Virus record (IMG/VR): IMGVR_UViG_3300028588_000802
Source of the DNA: an uncultured virus (IMG/VR IMGVR_UViG_3300028588_000802)
Taxonomy: Duplodnaviria > Heunggongvirae > Uroviricota > Caudoviricetes
Strand: one strand, 5' to 3'
Length of the DNA stretch: 20,000 nucleotides
Each line of letters begins with the position of its first letter. Within the stretch, counting starts at the first letter, position 1. A program made the position numbers and the translations under genes. Shown here one piece after another: positions 1-7,757 of this stretch. Below the pieces are notes generated by a model. It had not been told where the DNA came from. It saw only the letters and a program-made list of their open reading frames with translations, and did not search any database.

Positions 1-268
1 TGCGGTTTCGCTGGTCCTGATGCGAGGCGCCGCAACCCACAATTCACTTCCAGGTGGCTACCTGGCCATTACCTTGAAGGAGTACACGCCGTCAGGCTGC
101 AAGTCATACCTGCTGCTCTCGCTGCGAGACAATGACGACGGCTTGGCCATTTCGACCTGGCCGGCCGAAGAGCGCGCCGCAGCGGAATCTGTCGTTGCGA
201 ACATGAAGTTGCTGGCACCTTTCAGCATGCGCGAAGCGGTGGAGGTATTCGGCCTGCGCTTCGACTAA
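1..268 (+). CDS. Hypothetical protein, probably 5'-truncated by the window edge
   Basis: The frame of ORF 20..268 is open back to the window start. It ends at TAA 266-268 and is followed by a terminator-like hairpin. Confidence 0.6.
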   Translation, partial: AVSLVLMRGAATHNSLPGGYLAITLKEYTPSGCKSYLLLSLRDNDDGLAISTWPAEERAAAESVVANMKLLAPFSMREAVEVFGLRFD

Positions 269-289
269 GCGAATTGGTTTTCATTCGGG

Positions 290-326
290 AACCCCGCGCG
301 GTACGCTACCGCCGGGGTTTTCTTTT
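290..326 (+). terminator. Rho-independent terminator between convergent genes
   Basis: Stem AACCCCG-c-GCGGTA, loop cgc, TACCGC-CGGGGTT, followed by TTCTTTT. Confidence 0.7.
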
Positions 327-370
327 GGGTAGCCTTGACCGAGGAGGATGAGGCGGCCTCTCCACGAGGC

Positions 371-751
371 TTAGGCTGCGGAGGATGGCTCCTGCGGAGC
401 AGGGGCGGGCGTTGGCCACGTATCACGGGCTTGGTCCATCTCGAGGTCGCCGGCGCAGCGCTTGCACAGGGAGTTCTCCTGCGCGCACGGCAGGCAAAGC
501 ACGTCGGTAGCGGAGGTCGAGTACTGTTGTTCCTCGTGACAGCACGCACATGGCTGCTTTGTGAATGCCTGTTGGGCCAGCCGGCGGCCGTAGTGGCAGT
601 TTTTGCAGAAGTGGCGCTCGAGCCGCGCCGCCTTGTCAGTATCTTCGAGCAAGGCACGGGCTTGCTCCAGGGTCGAGTCGACCCGCAGACGTGCCATCCG
701 CGTCTGTGCGGACATGAAGTTCTTGTCGAGCTTTGGGGCTGTGCGGTCCAT
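371..751 (-). CDS. Cys-rich putative zinc-binding hypothetical protein (126 aa)
   Basis: Four CxxC motifs (CKNC, CACC, CLPC, CKRC). GGAG SD lies just upstream of the ATG, 13 bp after the stop of the upstream gene. Confidence 0.8.
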   Translation of the reverse strand: MDRTAPKLDKNFMSAQTRMARLRVDSTLEQARALLEDTDKAARLERHFCKNCHYGRRLAQQAFTKQPCACCHEEQQYSTSATDVLCLPCAQENSLCKRCAGDLEMDQARDTWPTPAPAPQEPSSAA

Positions 752-764
752 CGTATCTCCAGGG

Positions 765-1511
765 TTATTGGGGGCTTGCCTCGGGGCGGAAGCGTCCGCG
801 TTTGGGTGTTATCCATTTGCCGGTCGCACGCTGCACCTGGAAGCCTGGTTCCATTGAATAGTCGACATAACCTGGCCAGCCGGCGTCGGTCGTCAGCAAG
901 GTGATACCCATCGCCTCCGGCACGCCAGGCACCGCCGCACCAAAATCAAATGACAGAAACGTCTGCATCGGCAGGGTCGTATAGGACCGGGCATTGAACA
1001 CCTTCAGGCCTTTGCGAATGACGCCATGCGGCTGCCCCGCATCAAACACGACGATGGTGCCGAAAGAGAGCGGAACTCGCACATCGAGGGCAGGGAACAC
1101 CAGCTCTAGGCCACAGCCTTCCTCCGTCCAGACAACGCAGAACACGCTGTCGCCGAAAGCACTGAGGTCGTGGTGGAACGACGCAGCGACGCACCCCAGC
1201 GGGCTGACACTTGCTCGCTCACGCAGGTCAGGAAGGCCACGCTCCTGCATCCAGGCCATTGCGGCCTCACGAGCCTCATCACAAATAGGATTCGCCCGCA
1301 CGCAGTCAGAGGACACCACCACGATATCAGAGGGCTTCGATGTCGGGCTCTTCAACGATTCGTGCCAGGCTGCGCGCTTCCGGGTGATGGAGTCAGGCAG
1401 CGCCAGCTGGCCCGACAACACCTTTTCGCTGATAGTCCGAAACTCGCCGTCTCCGCCAACAACAGGAGAGATGATTTCGACCAGAATGTCCGATGTGCGA
1501 ATTGAGTTCAT
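765..1511 (-). CDS. 2OG-Fe(II) dioxygenase-like protein (double-stranded beta-helix fold)
   Basis: HxD motif (SFHHD, 1167-1175), then GLELVFPALDVRVPLSFGTIVVFDAGQPHG with a distal His (1026-1028). ATG 1511 is preferred over GTG 1526 because a TATAAT lies 6 nt upstream of it. Confidence 0.6.
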   Translation of the reverse strand: MNSIRTSDILVEIISPVVGGDGEFRTISEKVLSGQLALPDSITRKRAAWHESLKSPTSKPSDIVVVSSDCVRANPICDEAREAAMAWMQERGLPDLRERASVSPLGCVAASFHHDLSAFGDSVFCVVWTEEGCGLELVFPALDVRVPLSFGTIVVFDAGQPHGVIRKGLKVFNARSYTTLPMQTFLSFDFGAAVPGVPEAMGITLLTTDAGWPGYVDYSMEPGFQVQRATGKWITPKRGRFRPEASPQ

Positions 1512-1517
1512 TTCGAC

Positions 1518-1582
1518 ATTATACACCTATGTGCTACGTTAATGCGTTCAAGCGGTAATTTAATACCGGAATATGGTATCAT
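1518..1582. promoter_or_regulatory. Divergent promoter region with a 16-bp palindromic operator candidate
   Basis: Minus-strand TATAAT at 1518-1523. Palindrome CGGTA-ATTTAA-TACCG at 1553-1568. Plus-strand extended -10 GAATATGGTATCAT at 1569-1582. Confidence 0.6.
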
Positions 1583-1588
1583 GTTGGC

Positions 1589-2179
1589 ATGCCATCTCTA
1601 ACCCATCCCTGGTCGGCGCCCGCCGCCAACCTGTCCCTCATCCGCGAAGTCCGATTCACGGCTAGGCCGGGTGCGGTGGTGCCCGCGGCAATGAAGGCCC
1701 GGGTGCTGACGGCGCTTGCGGCGTGGGTGGAGCAAGCGAGAGCACACGTGTCGAAGGACTTCCCTGCGCCCAACGTAAGCTTCGACCTAAATGGCTCCTG
1801 CGCTGGCGAAGCATACTCCGGGCTTGGGCTGATTAGGCTCAATCCCGTTCTGCTACTCGCGGAGCCTGACACATTCGAGAAAATCATTCTTCCGCATGAG
1901 CTGGGGCACCTGCTTGCGCACTATCTGCATGGTGACGACATTTCGCCACATGGTGCAGAGTGGGCGGCGGTGATGCGCCTGCTAGGCGTCGAGCCGCGTC
2001 GACACCACAGCATCGTGAACCCAAAGGACGTCGGCGGGTACGCCTGTTCCTGTAATGACGACAATCGGCTTACATATCGGCAGCACCAGAAGGCTCGCAC
2101 CGGGCAGGTGTACTGCTGCGTCGAGTGCCATGGGCCACTTACGTACCGTGACGGCGCTTCCGTGGTGGCACCCGACTAG
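1589..2179 (+). CDS. SprT-like zinc metalloprotease (196 aa)
   Basis: IRLNPVLL..ILPHELGH (HExxH)..HGAEW..M motif and a C-terminal zinc ribbon (YACSC..CVEC), as in SprT proteins. Confidence 0.9.
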   Translation: MPSLTHPWSAPAANLSLIREVRFTARPGAVVPAAMKARVLTALAAWVEQARAHVSKDFPAPNVSFDLNGSCAGEAYSGLGLIRLNPVLLLAEPDTFEKIILPHELGHLLAHYLHGDDISPHGAEWAAVMRLLGVEPRRHHSIVNPKDVGGYACSCNDDNRLTYRQHQKARTGQVYCCVECHGPLTYRDGASVVAPD

Positions 2180-2224
2180 GAGTCGGCAGTCGCTATATGG
2201 GTATTACCCCGATGGCCGCTGCTA

Positions 2225-3247
2225 ATGCACTCGACGCCTCTACAACTTCCGCGGGAAGTCCCCATTTCCAAGCGGCGCGCACCGCCCGTTGCCGCGGCGG
2301 TTAAAGAACGCGCAAGACAGTCCTTGGCCAACTGGGTCGCTATCGCGCAGGCCCGGTTCGGCCAGCCCCTCTTCGTCCCCACTATCAGTTTCGACCTGGT
2401 CGGCACAGCAGGGGGAATGGCGTACACCGAGAAGTTGCACGTCCAGCTCAATGGAGTCCTTTTAACCGAAAACCTCGAAGAATTCGAGCGGCAAATCATT
2501 CCGCATGAGCTGGCGCACCTTTTGGTTCAGTTCCGCCATGGCTTCCCCGGCGGGCATGGCAAAGAGTGGAAGGCCACGATGCGCACGCTTGGGCTTGAGC
2601 CGGACCGCACGCATAGCCTGGACACAACGAATTCCCGTACCACTCCAGTCGTCCTCGGGTACCGATGCGATTGCGGCCCACGTCCAGTGTCGATGAAAGA
2701 GCACCGGAGTGTTCAGCGTGGGGGATGGATTAAGTGCAAGCGATGTCAGAAGAAGTATGTGCTGGAAGGTGCGCCGCAGCTGAAGATGCCGGGGAAGGCC
2801 CCGGTTCCTCTTTCGCAGGTACGAGTAGTGCCTCGGGGCCGCCCTGTTGCCCCGCCATCCGTGTATCGACCGACACCGCCGGCGCCATCTGCTCGAGCGC
2901 CGACTGAGCGAATGCTTAGTTTTGCGAGCTCTTTGGCGGCTAAACACAGCATCACGTTGGACGCTGCAAGTCGACGTGATTTCAGGGCGTGCCAGGCCTT
3001 CTTGGACAAGTGGAGCAAGGCTCCAGTCGCTCCGCGGCCGGCAGGGCCGGTGCCGCGGCTTGAGCCACGTCCGGCGCCGTTGCCGGCTCCTCGCCCGGCT
3101 GTCCCAACTCCGAACAGTTTTGACGCGCCTACAGAGCGCCAGCTAGAGTATGCCCGCAGCATCGCGTCGCGGAAGAGGCTTGACATCCCTGCTGCTGTCT
3201 TGGGGTCCAAGCGAGGGCTGTCCGCTTGGATTGACCAGCACAAATGA
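2225..3247 (+). CDS. SprT-like metalloprotease with Pro-rich linker and two C-terminal helical repeats (340 aa)
   Basis: IIPHELAH, HGKEWKATM, YRCDC..CKRC, then two ~40-aa repeats that each begin APTER. Confidence 0.88.
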   Translation: MHSTPLQLPREVPISKRRAPPVAAAVKERARQSLANWVAIAQARFGQPLFVPTISFDLVGTAGGMAYTEKLHVQLNGVLLTENLEEFERQIIPHELAHLLVQFRHGFPGGHGKEWKATMRTLGLEPDRTHSLDTTNSRTTPVVLGYRCDCGPRPVSMKEHRSVQRGGWIKCKRCQKKYVLEGAPQLKMPGKAPVPLSQVRVVPRGRPVAPPSVYRPTPPAPSARAPTERMLSFASSLAAKHSITLDAASRRDFRACQAFLDKWSKAPVAPRPAGPVPRLEPRPAPLPAPRPAVPTPNSFDAPTERQLEYARSIASRKRLDIPAAVLGSKRGLSAWIDQHK

Positions 3248-3263
3248 CAAGACCCTAGCAGGC

Positions 3264-5024
3264 TTAGTGCGAAACTCTCGGGCGGAGCATTTGAGATTCT
3301 GGGATGCGCAGTGACGTTTGGCGCTTTTCTACGAAGGCCTCGAAAGCGGAAGGCGCCAAAGGCACGCTGATGCAATAGCCCTGAATTTCGTCACAGGCGG
3401 TACTGCGCAGGAAGCTCAGGTGTTCCTCGGTCTCGACTCCTTCAGCAACGACCGTCAGGTTCAGCGAGTGGGCCAGGTTGATAATGGCTGTTGCCAGCTG
3501 CTCCGGGTTGATAGTCGGTGACCGTTGCTTAAGGAACGAGCGGTCGAGCTTCAAGCAGTCCAGGGGGAACAGGCTGAGGTAGGAGAGGGATGAGTACCCT
3601 GTGCCGAAATCGTCGACCGCCAGGTGTACGCCGAGCTTCCTGAGTTCCGACAGGACTCCCACGGCCAGCTCTGTATCGGTCATCAGTGCGGTCTCCGTCA
3701 ATTCCAGCTCCAGCTGGTCCGCATCGAGGCCGCTTGCCCGGAGGGCGTCCTCCACTGTTTCCAGAAGACGTCTGCTCTGGAGCTGTCGAGCCGACACGTT
3801 GACCGATACTCGGAACGGACGCTTGTGGAGCTCTGACCAAGTCTTGGCCTGACGGGTAGCCTCTCGAAGCACCCACGCGCCAATCTGCTCAATAAGCCCG
3901 GCCTCTTCGGCAAGAGGTACAAAGCTAGCAGGCGAGACGGCGCCCAGTTCCGGATGATTCCAGCGAAGCAACGCTTCCATGCCGGCGATTTCCATGGTGC
4001 GCAGGTCTACACGGGGCTGGTAGTGAATCTTGAACTCGCCGTTGTCCAAAGCTTGGCGCAGGGCACTCAGTAGCAGCATCCGCGACTGGGATTGCAGGCT
4101 CATCTCCGCATCGTAGAAACGAAGGTGCAGCCCCGACTCGCGGCTGAGCTTCGCGGAATAGAGCGCCGTGTTCGCGCACTTGAGCAGGACTTCGCACGAA
4201 TCACCATCTTGAGGAAACAAGCTGATGCCCATGGACGCAGTGATACCAATTTCGCGACCGCGAACAAGCATAGGCTGAGATAGCGCCTGTAGGACCTTCG
4301 AGGCAACTCGACTCGCGGAGGTGCGGCCGTTTCGGCATTCAGCGATGATGATGAATTCGTTACCTCCCAGGCGGGCAACTAAATCGTTCTCCCGGACAGT
4401 TGCGGCCAAGCGCTTTGCCACCTCTTGCAAGACGACGTCGCCGAATTCCATGCCCAGGCCTTCATTGATGGCCTTGAACCGGTCTAGGTCGAGAAACATG
4501 ACGGCCTGCGCCATTTCGCCCCGCGGGTCGTTCAGCCGAAGTCGAAGCCGCTCCAAAACTGCTGTGCGCGTCGGGAGGCCCGTCAACGGGTCATACTTGG
4601 AGAAGTTCCTGAGGCGGGGAGTTTGGCGGTCAGAAACGTCAATGACGGCGCCGACGTAACCTTCCACCTGGCCCTGGCCGGTTAGCCGCGGTGCACCTGA
4701 GCTAACCATCCAGCGCGTCGTTCCATCGGACTTGATGACCCGATACTCGACTTGATACTCTGTTCCCTGGGCGCGAGCATTTTCCAGCACCGCGCGTACA
4801 TGCTTCACGTCGTCAGCGTGAATCACGCTCAACCAGTCGTCCAGACTGAGGGTCTCGATAGAATCGAGGCTTTCTCGTGCCCCTGGATTCAGGTAGATGT
4901 ATGTCCCGGCCGCGTTCATCTCCCAAACAATCATCGAAGCGGTGTCTGCGAGGTTACGCAATGCACATTCACGTGAAACGTCGGGCGGATTAGTTTCTGT
5001 TGATTCTCGCAAGGTTTTTTCCAT
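3264..5024 (-). CDS. PAS-GGDEF-EAL c-di-GMP signalling protein, likely a phosphodiesterase
   Basis: PAS/PAC region (IHADD..EYRVIKSDGTTRW). GGDEF domain (DPLTGLP, FLDLDRFKAIN, RLGGNEF). EAL domain (YQP..EALLRW, VSVNVS, ELELTE, DDFGTGYSSL, LKLDRSF, VVAEGVET, IQGY). Confidence 0.95.
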   Translation of the reverse strand: MEKTLRESTETNPPDVSRECALRNLADTASMIVWEMNAAGTYIYLNPGARESLDSIETLSLDDWLSVIHADDVKHVRAVLENARAQGTEYQVEYRVIKSDGTTRWMVSSGAPRLTGQGQVEGYVGAVIDVSDRQTPRLRNFSKYDPLTGLPTRTAVLERLRLRLNDPRGEMAQAVMFLDLDRFKAINEGLGMEFGDVVLQEVAKRLAATVRENDLVARLGGNEFIIIAECRNGRTSASRVASKVLQALSQPMLVRGREIGITASMGISLFPQDGDSCEVLLKCANTALYSAKLSRESGLHLRFYDAEMSLQSQSRMLLLSALRQALDNGEFKIHYQPRVDLRTMEIAGMEALLRWNHPELGAVSPASFVPLAEEAGLIEQIGAWVLREATRQAKTWSELHKRPFRVSVNVSARQLQSRRLLETVEDALRASGLDADQLELELTETALMTDTELAVGVLSELRKLGVHLAVDDFGTGYSSLSYLSLFPLDCLKLDRSFLKQRSPTINPEQLATAIINLAHSLNLTVVAEGVETEEHLSFLRSTACDEIQGYCISVPLAPSAFEAFVEKRQTSLRIPESQMLRPRVSH

Positions 5025-5238
5025 CCGTGAGTAGCCATACGAAATGTTGCACGACCGTCAGACTGGGCCACTCTCCAGTTACTGGCGCTATATTGCGCGG
5101 AAATCCAGGTGTAATGACGTTAGGATTTTTCGCTGTTTACACGCTATTAAACCATAATGTCAAATTTCCTGCTTGCCGCATGTAACAACTCGTTACCTCT
5201 GAAACAGTACCGGTAGTGCTTATTAGTCTACTTGTTGC

Positions 5239-5268
5239 TTGCGTACACATCAGCATTGGTGTTACTCT
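5239..5268 (+). promoter_or_regulatory. Candidate sigma70 promoter for the 5356 gene
   Basis: TTGCGT (5239-5244), 18-bp spacer, TG-t-TACTCT extended -10 (5263-5268), in an AT-rich divergent intergenic region. Confidence 0.35.
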
Positions 5269-5355
5269 AAGGCAAGCCAGTCCCTGGCGAGATTTTTGTT
5301 CTTAAATTTGTAACCGTTATCGGTTGCCTCGTTCAGCTAGGCTTATTTCATCACT

Positions 5356-6309
5356 ATGCGCCATCCCCTTCCTACGCAACACCAAGAAGTCTATGCCGCG
5401 TTTATTTCAAAAATCGTGGACGATGCCGCTAACCGGGAATTTACTCGTAGCTTGGTCGGGCGCCATGTAGTTACAATGCTTATGGAGCAACGGGCGGAGA
5501 TGGCGAAGGCTCAAACTGAGGGAGAGCCTATTGATACGTTCAAGTACGTCGGCTCCTTCATTCTTGCACTTCACGACTACGTCAAATGGATGTCCGAAAA
5601 AGGCGAGGAGTTCCGCGCCAAGCTTGACGAAGAGTTCGCACGCCTTACCGAAGTCTGGGAGAACAAGGCTCGCCACTCCTGGATGACGGACCATGGCAGA
5701 TTCCGATTGCAGAGGGCACTGGACTTGCAGCCGATGACCCGGCAACATTCCGCGCTGTTCCCGTTACGTACACGGGCGATGACGGCAACGCTAATTGCGG
5801 CTTACGACGCGCTTGCAACCGCATCGCCGGCGGAGAACTGGAAAATTGCGTTGGAGGCCTTTTTCGGCGCGTACAAGAACTACCGGTTCGACTTCGTTGC
5901 CCTCACAAAAACGGCAGGGCCGGCTTTCATCGCGCAGAATGGTCTCGTAACCGAGATGGTCCAGGACATTGATGAGCGTATCGCAGCTATCGAGCGAAAA
6001 GCCAGAGCGCAGGTAGCTGCGGAATTGGCGGCCGAGCGCGCCGCGGCGGAGGCTCAGGAAGACGAGGATGACACCGCGCAGGCGCCGCATTACGCAGGGG
6101 ATTCGTACCCGGCAGGGCGCACGGCAGCTGTCCTGGATGAGCCGTTCGAGAGCTCCAACACTGCCTGGGAATTAGATTCGTCTTTCGAGTCCGTGGACAA
6201 TAGCTATTGGACTTACGAGCAGGAGTACAACCCAGCGAACGGCCTGCCTATGGTCGGGGCGTATGATACCAACAACAATATGTACGGCACGAACTTCAAC
6301 GATTTCTGA
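5356..6309 (+). CDS. Hypothetical helical protein with an acidic tail and C-terminal NPANGLPM motif (317 aa)
   Basis: Long ORF with protein-like composition. The C-terminus is YNPANGLPMVGAYDTNNNMYGTNFNDF. Confidence 0.8.
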   Translation: MRHPLPTQHQEVYAAFISKIVDDAANREFTRSLVGRHVVTMLMEQRAEMAKAQTEGEPIDTFKYVGSFILALHDYVKWMSEKGEEFRAKLDEEFARLTEVWENKARHSWMTDHGRFRLQRALDLQPMTRQHSALFPLRTRAMTATLIAAYDALATASPAENWKIALEAFFGAYKNYRFDFVALTKTAGPAFIAQNGLVTEMVQDIDERIAAIERKARAQVAAELAAERAAAEAQEDEDDTAQAPHYAGDSYPAGRTAAVLDEPFESSNTAWELDSSFESVDNSYWTYEQEYNPANGLPMVGAYDTNNNMYGTNFNDF

Positions 6310-6443
6310 CCGCGGGGCCGCCGCCGGGGCTAGACCCTGGTTTGCGGCTCACGACGGCCGCCGCGCAATCGATACGTAAGCACTCCTCTCCGGAGAACTA
6401 CTCCTGCAGAGCGAATTTGTTCCAGCTCCCTATACATGGTCTA

Positions 6444-6557
6444 GGCCACAACAGCCTGCCGTCTGCGCCACCTCGGTGGTATGGCAAACGTTGGTTAAAC
6501 CCCTCCCAATTCGCAAACCCGCCTCGTAGGCACAAGGGTGAGCGGAGCAATGCAGAC
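6444..6557 (+). ncRNA. Candidate structured RNA in the leader of the Glyoxalase_8-like gene
   Basis: Nested stems found by eye: TGCCGT/ATGGCA enclosing GCCAC-ctcg-GTGGT; TTCGC/GCGGA enclosing ACCC/GGGT and GCCT/AGGC; long-range pairing GTCTGCG(6461-6467)/TGCAGAC(6551-6557). Confidence 0.45.
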
Positions 6558-6611
6558 AGTTCCAAGGACATCATCATGACCATCGCCCTTGCGCAAACAA
6601 GGAATAGAGAA

Positions 6612-7298
6612 ATGCACAACTCGCAACTGCAACTGAAGGACCTGTCGGAGAAGAACGCAAAGGCACTGGCAAGCTCGGTGACGAAGTTTTTGAAAGCTCA
6701 TGGCATCGAGCTTCAACACACGAAGGCACTTGACCTGACTGGCACCCTCTGTGGATTCGGCAACTGGCAAGGCCTGCAGGCGGCCATCGTCAAGAAGGAA
6801 GAGGAGGACGCGTCTAAGCCCATCATTATGAGCTACGACGAGTTCTTTGACACCTTCCGGCCTGTGAAAAACAAGCTGGACCCACATGCTCCGGCAGATG
6901 GGTATGGGTTTGAAACCTACGGCGCCGAGTGGGAAGCGGTTCAAGCTGCTCACGCTCGAGACCCCGGCACCGTCTGGACCGTCGTTGACGGCGAGGGCAC
7001 TGCCTGGCTCTCCGAGGGGCTGCACTACGTGAACCGGGCGTTCTACTTCATCACCAGGAAGCCTGCGATTGCCGGCCGGGTCTACAACATCCCTTACGGG
7101 CATGAGGTAGGCGACCTGGCTTTTGAGATTTCGGTTATCAATCCGGACACGCAAGAGTCGGAAATTATCGACGTGCGCTATGGCGCTTCCGCTGAAGAGG
7201 TGCTGGCCGATGCAAGTATCGACTACACCGAAGAAGTCGAAGGCGTTGTTGAAGAAGGCCAATCCCGAGTCATCATCGTAAAGCAGGTCGCACACTGA
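6612..7298 (+). CDS. Protein with an N-terminal Glyoxalase_8 (PF20066)-like helical domain fused to an uncharacterised domain
   Basis: KNAKALASSVTKFLKAHGIELQHTKALDLTGTLCGFGNWQGLQA fits the K..AK.L...L...G..l.h..AL.l.a...G..nW..l.A pattern. AAGGA SD precedes ATG 6612; ATG 6576 is an alternative start. Confidence 0.75.
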   Translation: MHNSQLQLKDLSEKNAKALASSVTKFLKAHGIELQHTKALDLTGTLCGFGNWQGLQAAIVKKEEEDASKPIIMSYDEFFDTFRPVKNKLDPHAPADGYGFETYGAEWEAVQAAHARDPGTVWTVVDGEGTAWLSEGLHYVNRAFYFITRKPAIAGRVYNIPYGHEVGDLAFEISVINPDTQESEIIDVRYGASAEEVLADASIDYTEEVEGVVEEGQSRVIIVKQVAH

Positions 7299-7308
7299 CC
7301 TTTCATTT

Positions 7309-7338
7309 GCCCTCAACTAACGTTGAGGGCTTTTTTTT
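7309..7338 (+). terminator. Rho-independent terminator
   Basis: GCCCTCAAC-taac-GTTGAGGGC followed by T8, 10 bp after the stop codon. Confidence 0.92.
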
Positions 7339-7418
7339 GCCTTGCGGGCACCTTGGGAAGCCTTCACGGCGGCCGGTTCGCTATACCTCGTAGGACATCA
7401 TCTTTTCGAGGTAAAACC

Positions 7419-7685
7419 ATGTGCACCACCTTCTTCTGCCCCAGCTGCCGTCGTCACAAAGACCTGTCAGCACGCAGCGACCGCAAGTCGAGCAACTCCT
7501 ACGTTTGCACGACATGCGAAGAGCGCATCAACAAGCTGACAAAGCCAAAAGTGCTCAAAACCCGTGATGGTCAGGAATTCACCATCAAAGGTCAGCACGT
7601 TCAGACTTCTCGCGTCAACGCGGCTAACGCCCGTGCACTGGAAACCGTGAAGTGGCTGGAGACGCATGTGGTAGCACGCCTCTGA
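7419..7685 (+). CDS. Small zinc-ribbon hypothetical protein (88 aa)
   Basis: GAGGT SD before ATG 7419; CPSC..CTTC motifs; flanked by terminators. Confidence 0.75.
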   Translation: MCTTFFCPSCRRHKDLSARSDRKSSNSYVCTTCEERINKLTKPKVLKTRDGQEFTIKGQHVQTSRVNAANARALETVKWLETHVVARL

Positions 7686-7710
7686 CACGAAACTTTCCAA
7701 CGTAATTAAC

Positions 7711-7739
7711 AACGCCTCCAATCGGAGGCGTTTTTCTTT
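7711..7739 (+). terminator. Rho-independent terminator between convergent genes
   Basis: AACGCCTCC-aatc-GGAGGCGTT followed by TTTCTTT. Confidence 0.85.
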
Positions 7740-7757
7740 GGGCGGGCGCCGCGCAGC

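Noticed and set aside
265..904. Alternative ORFs 265..816 (-) and 335..904 (+)
   Set aside because: They overlap the Cys-rich gene, which has a clear SD, and they run through the terminator region or neighbouring genes.
6483..6557. c-di-GMP-I (GEMM) riboswitch suggested by GGCAAAC...CGCAAA
   Set aside because: The GNRA tetraloop, the GACGCAAAG core and the tetraloop receptor are missing; the resemblance is only partial.
6444..6557. Canonical HDV-like/theta ribozyme call
   Set aside because: P2, P3/L3, P4 and J4/2-like parts are visible, but no independent P1 or P1.1 GG can be placed. Kept only as an unclassified RNA candidate.
6342..6611. N-terminal extension of ORF 6342..7298 from a TTG start
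   Set aside because: The translation is not protein-like and has no SD. The recognisable domain starts after ATG 6612, and the region looks like structured RNA.
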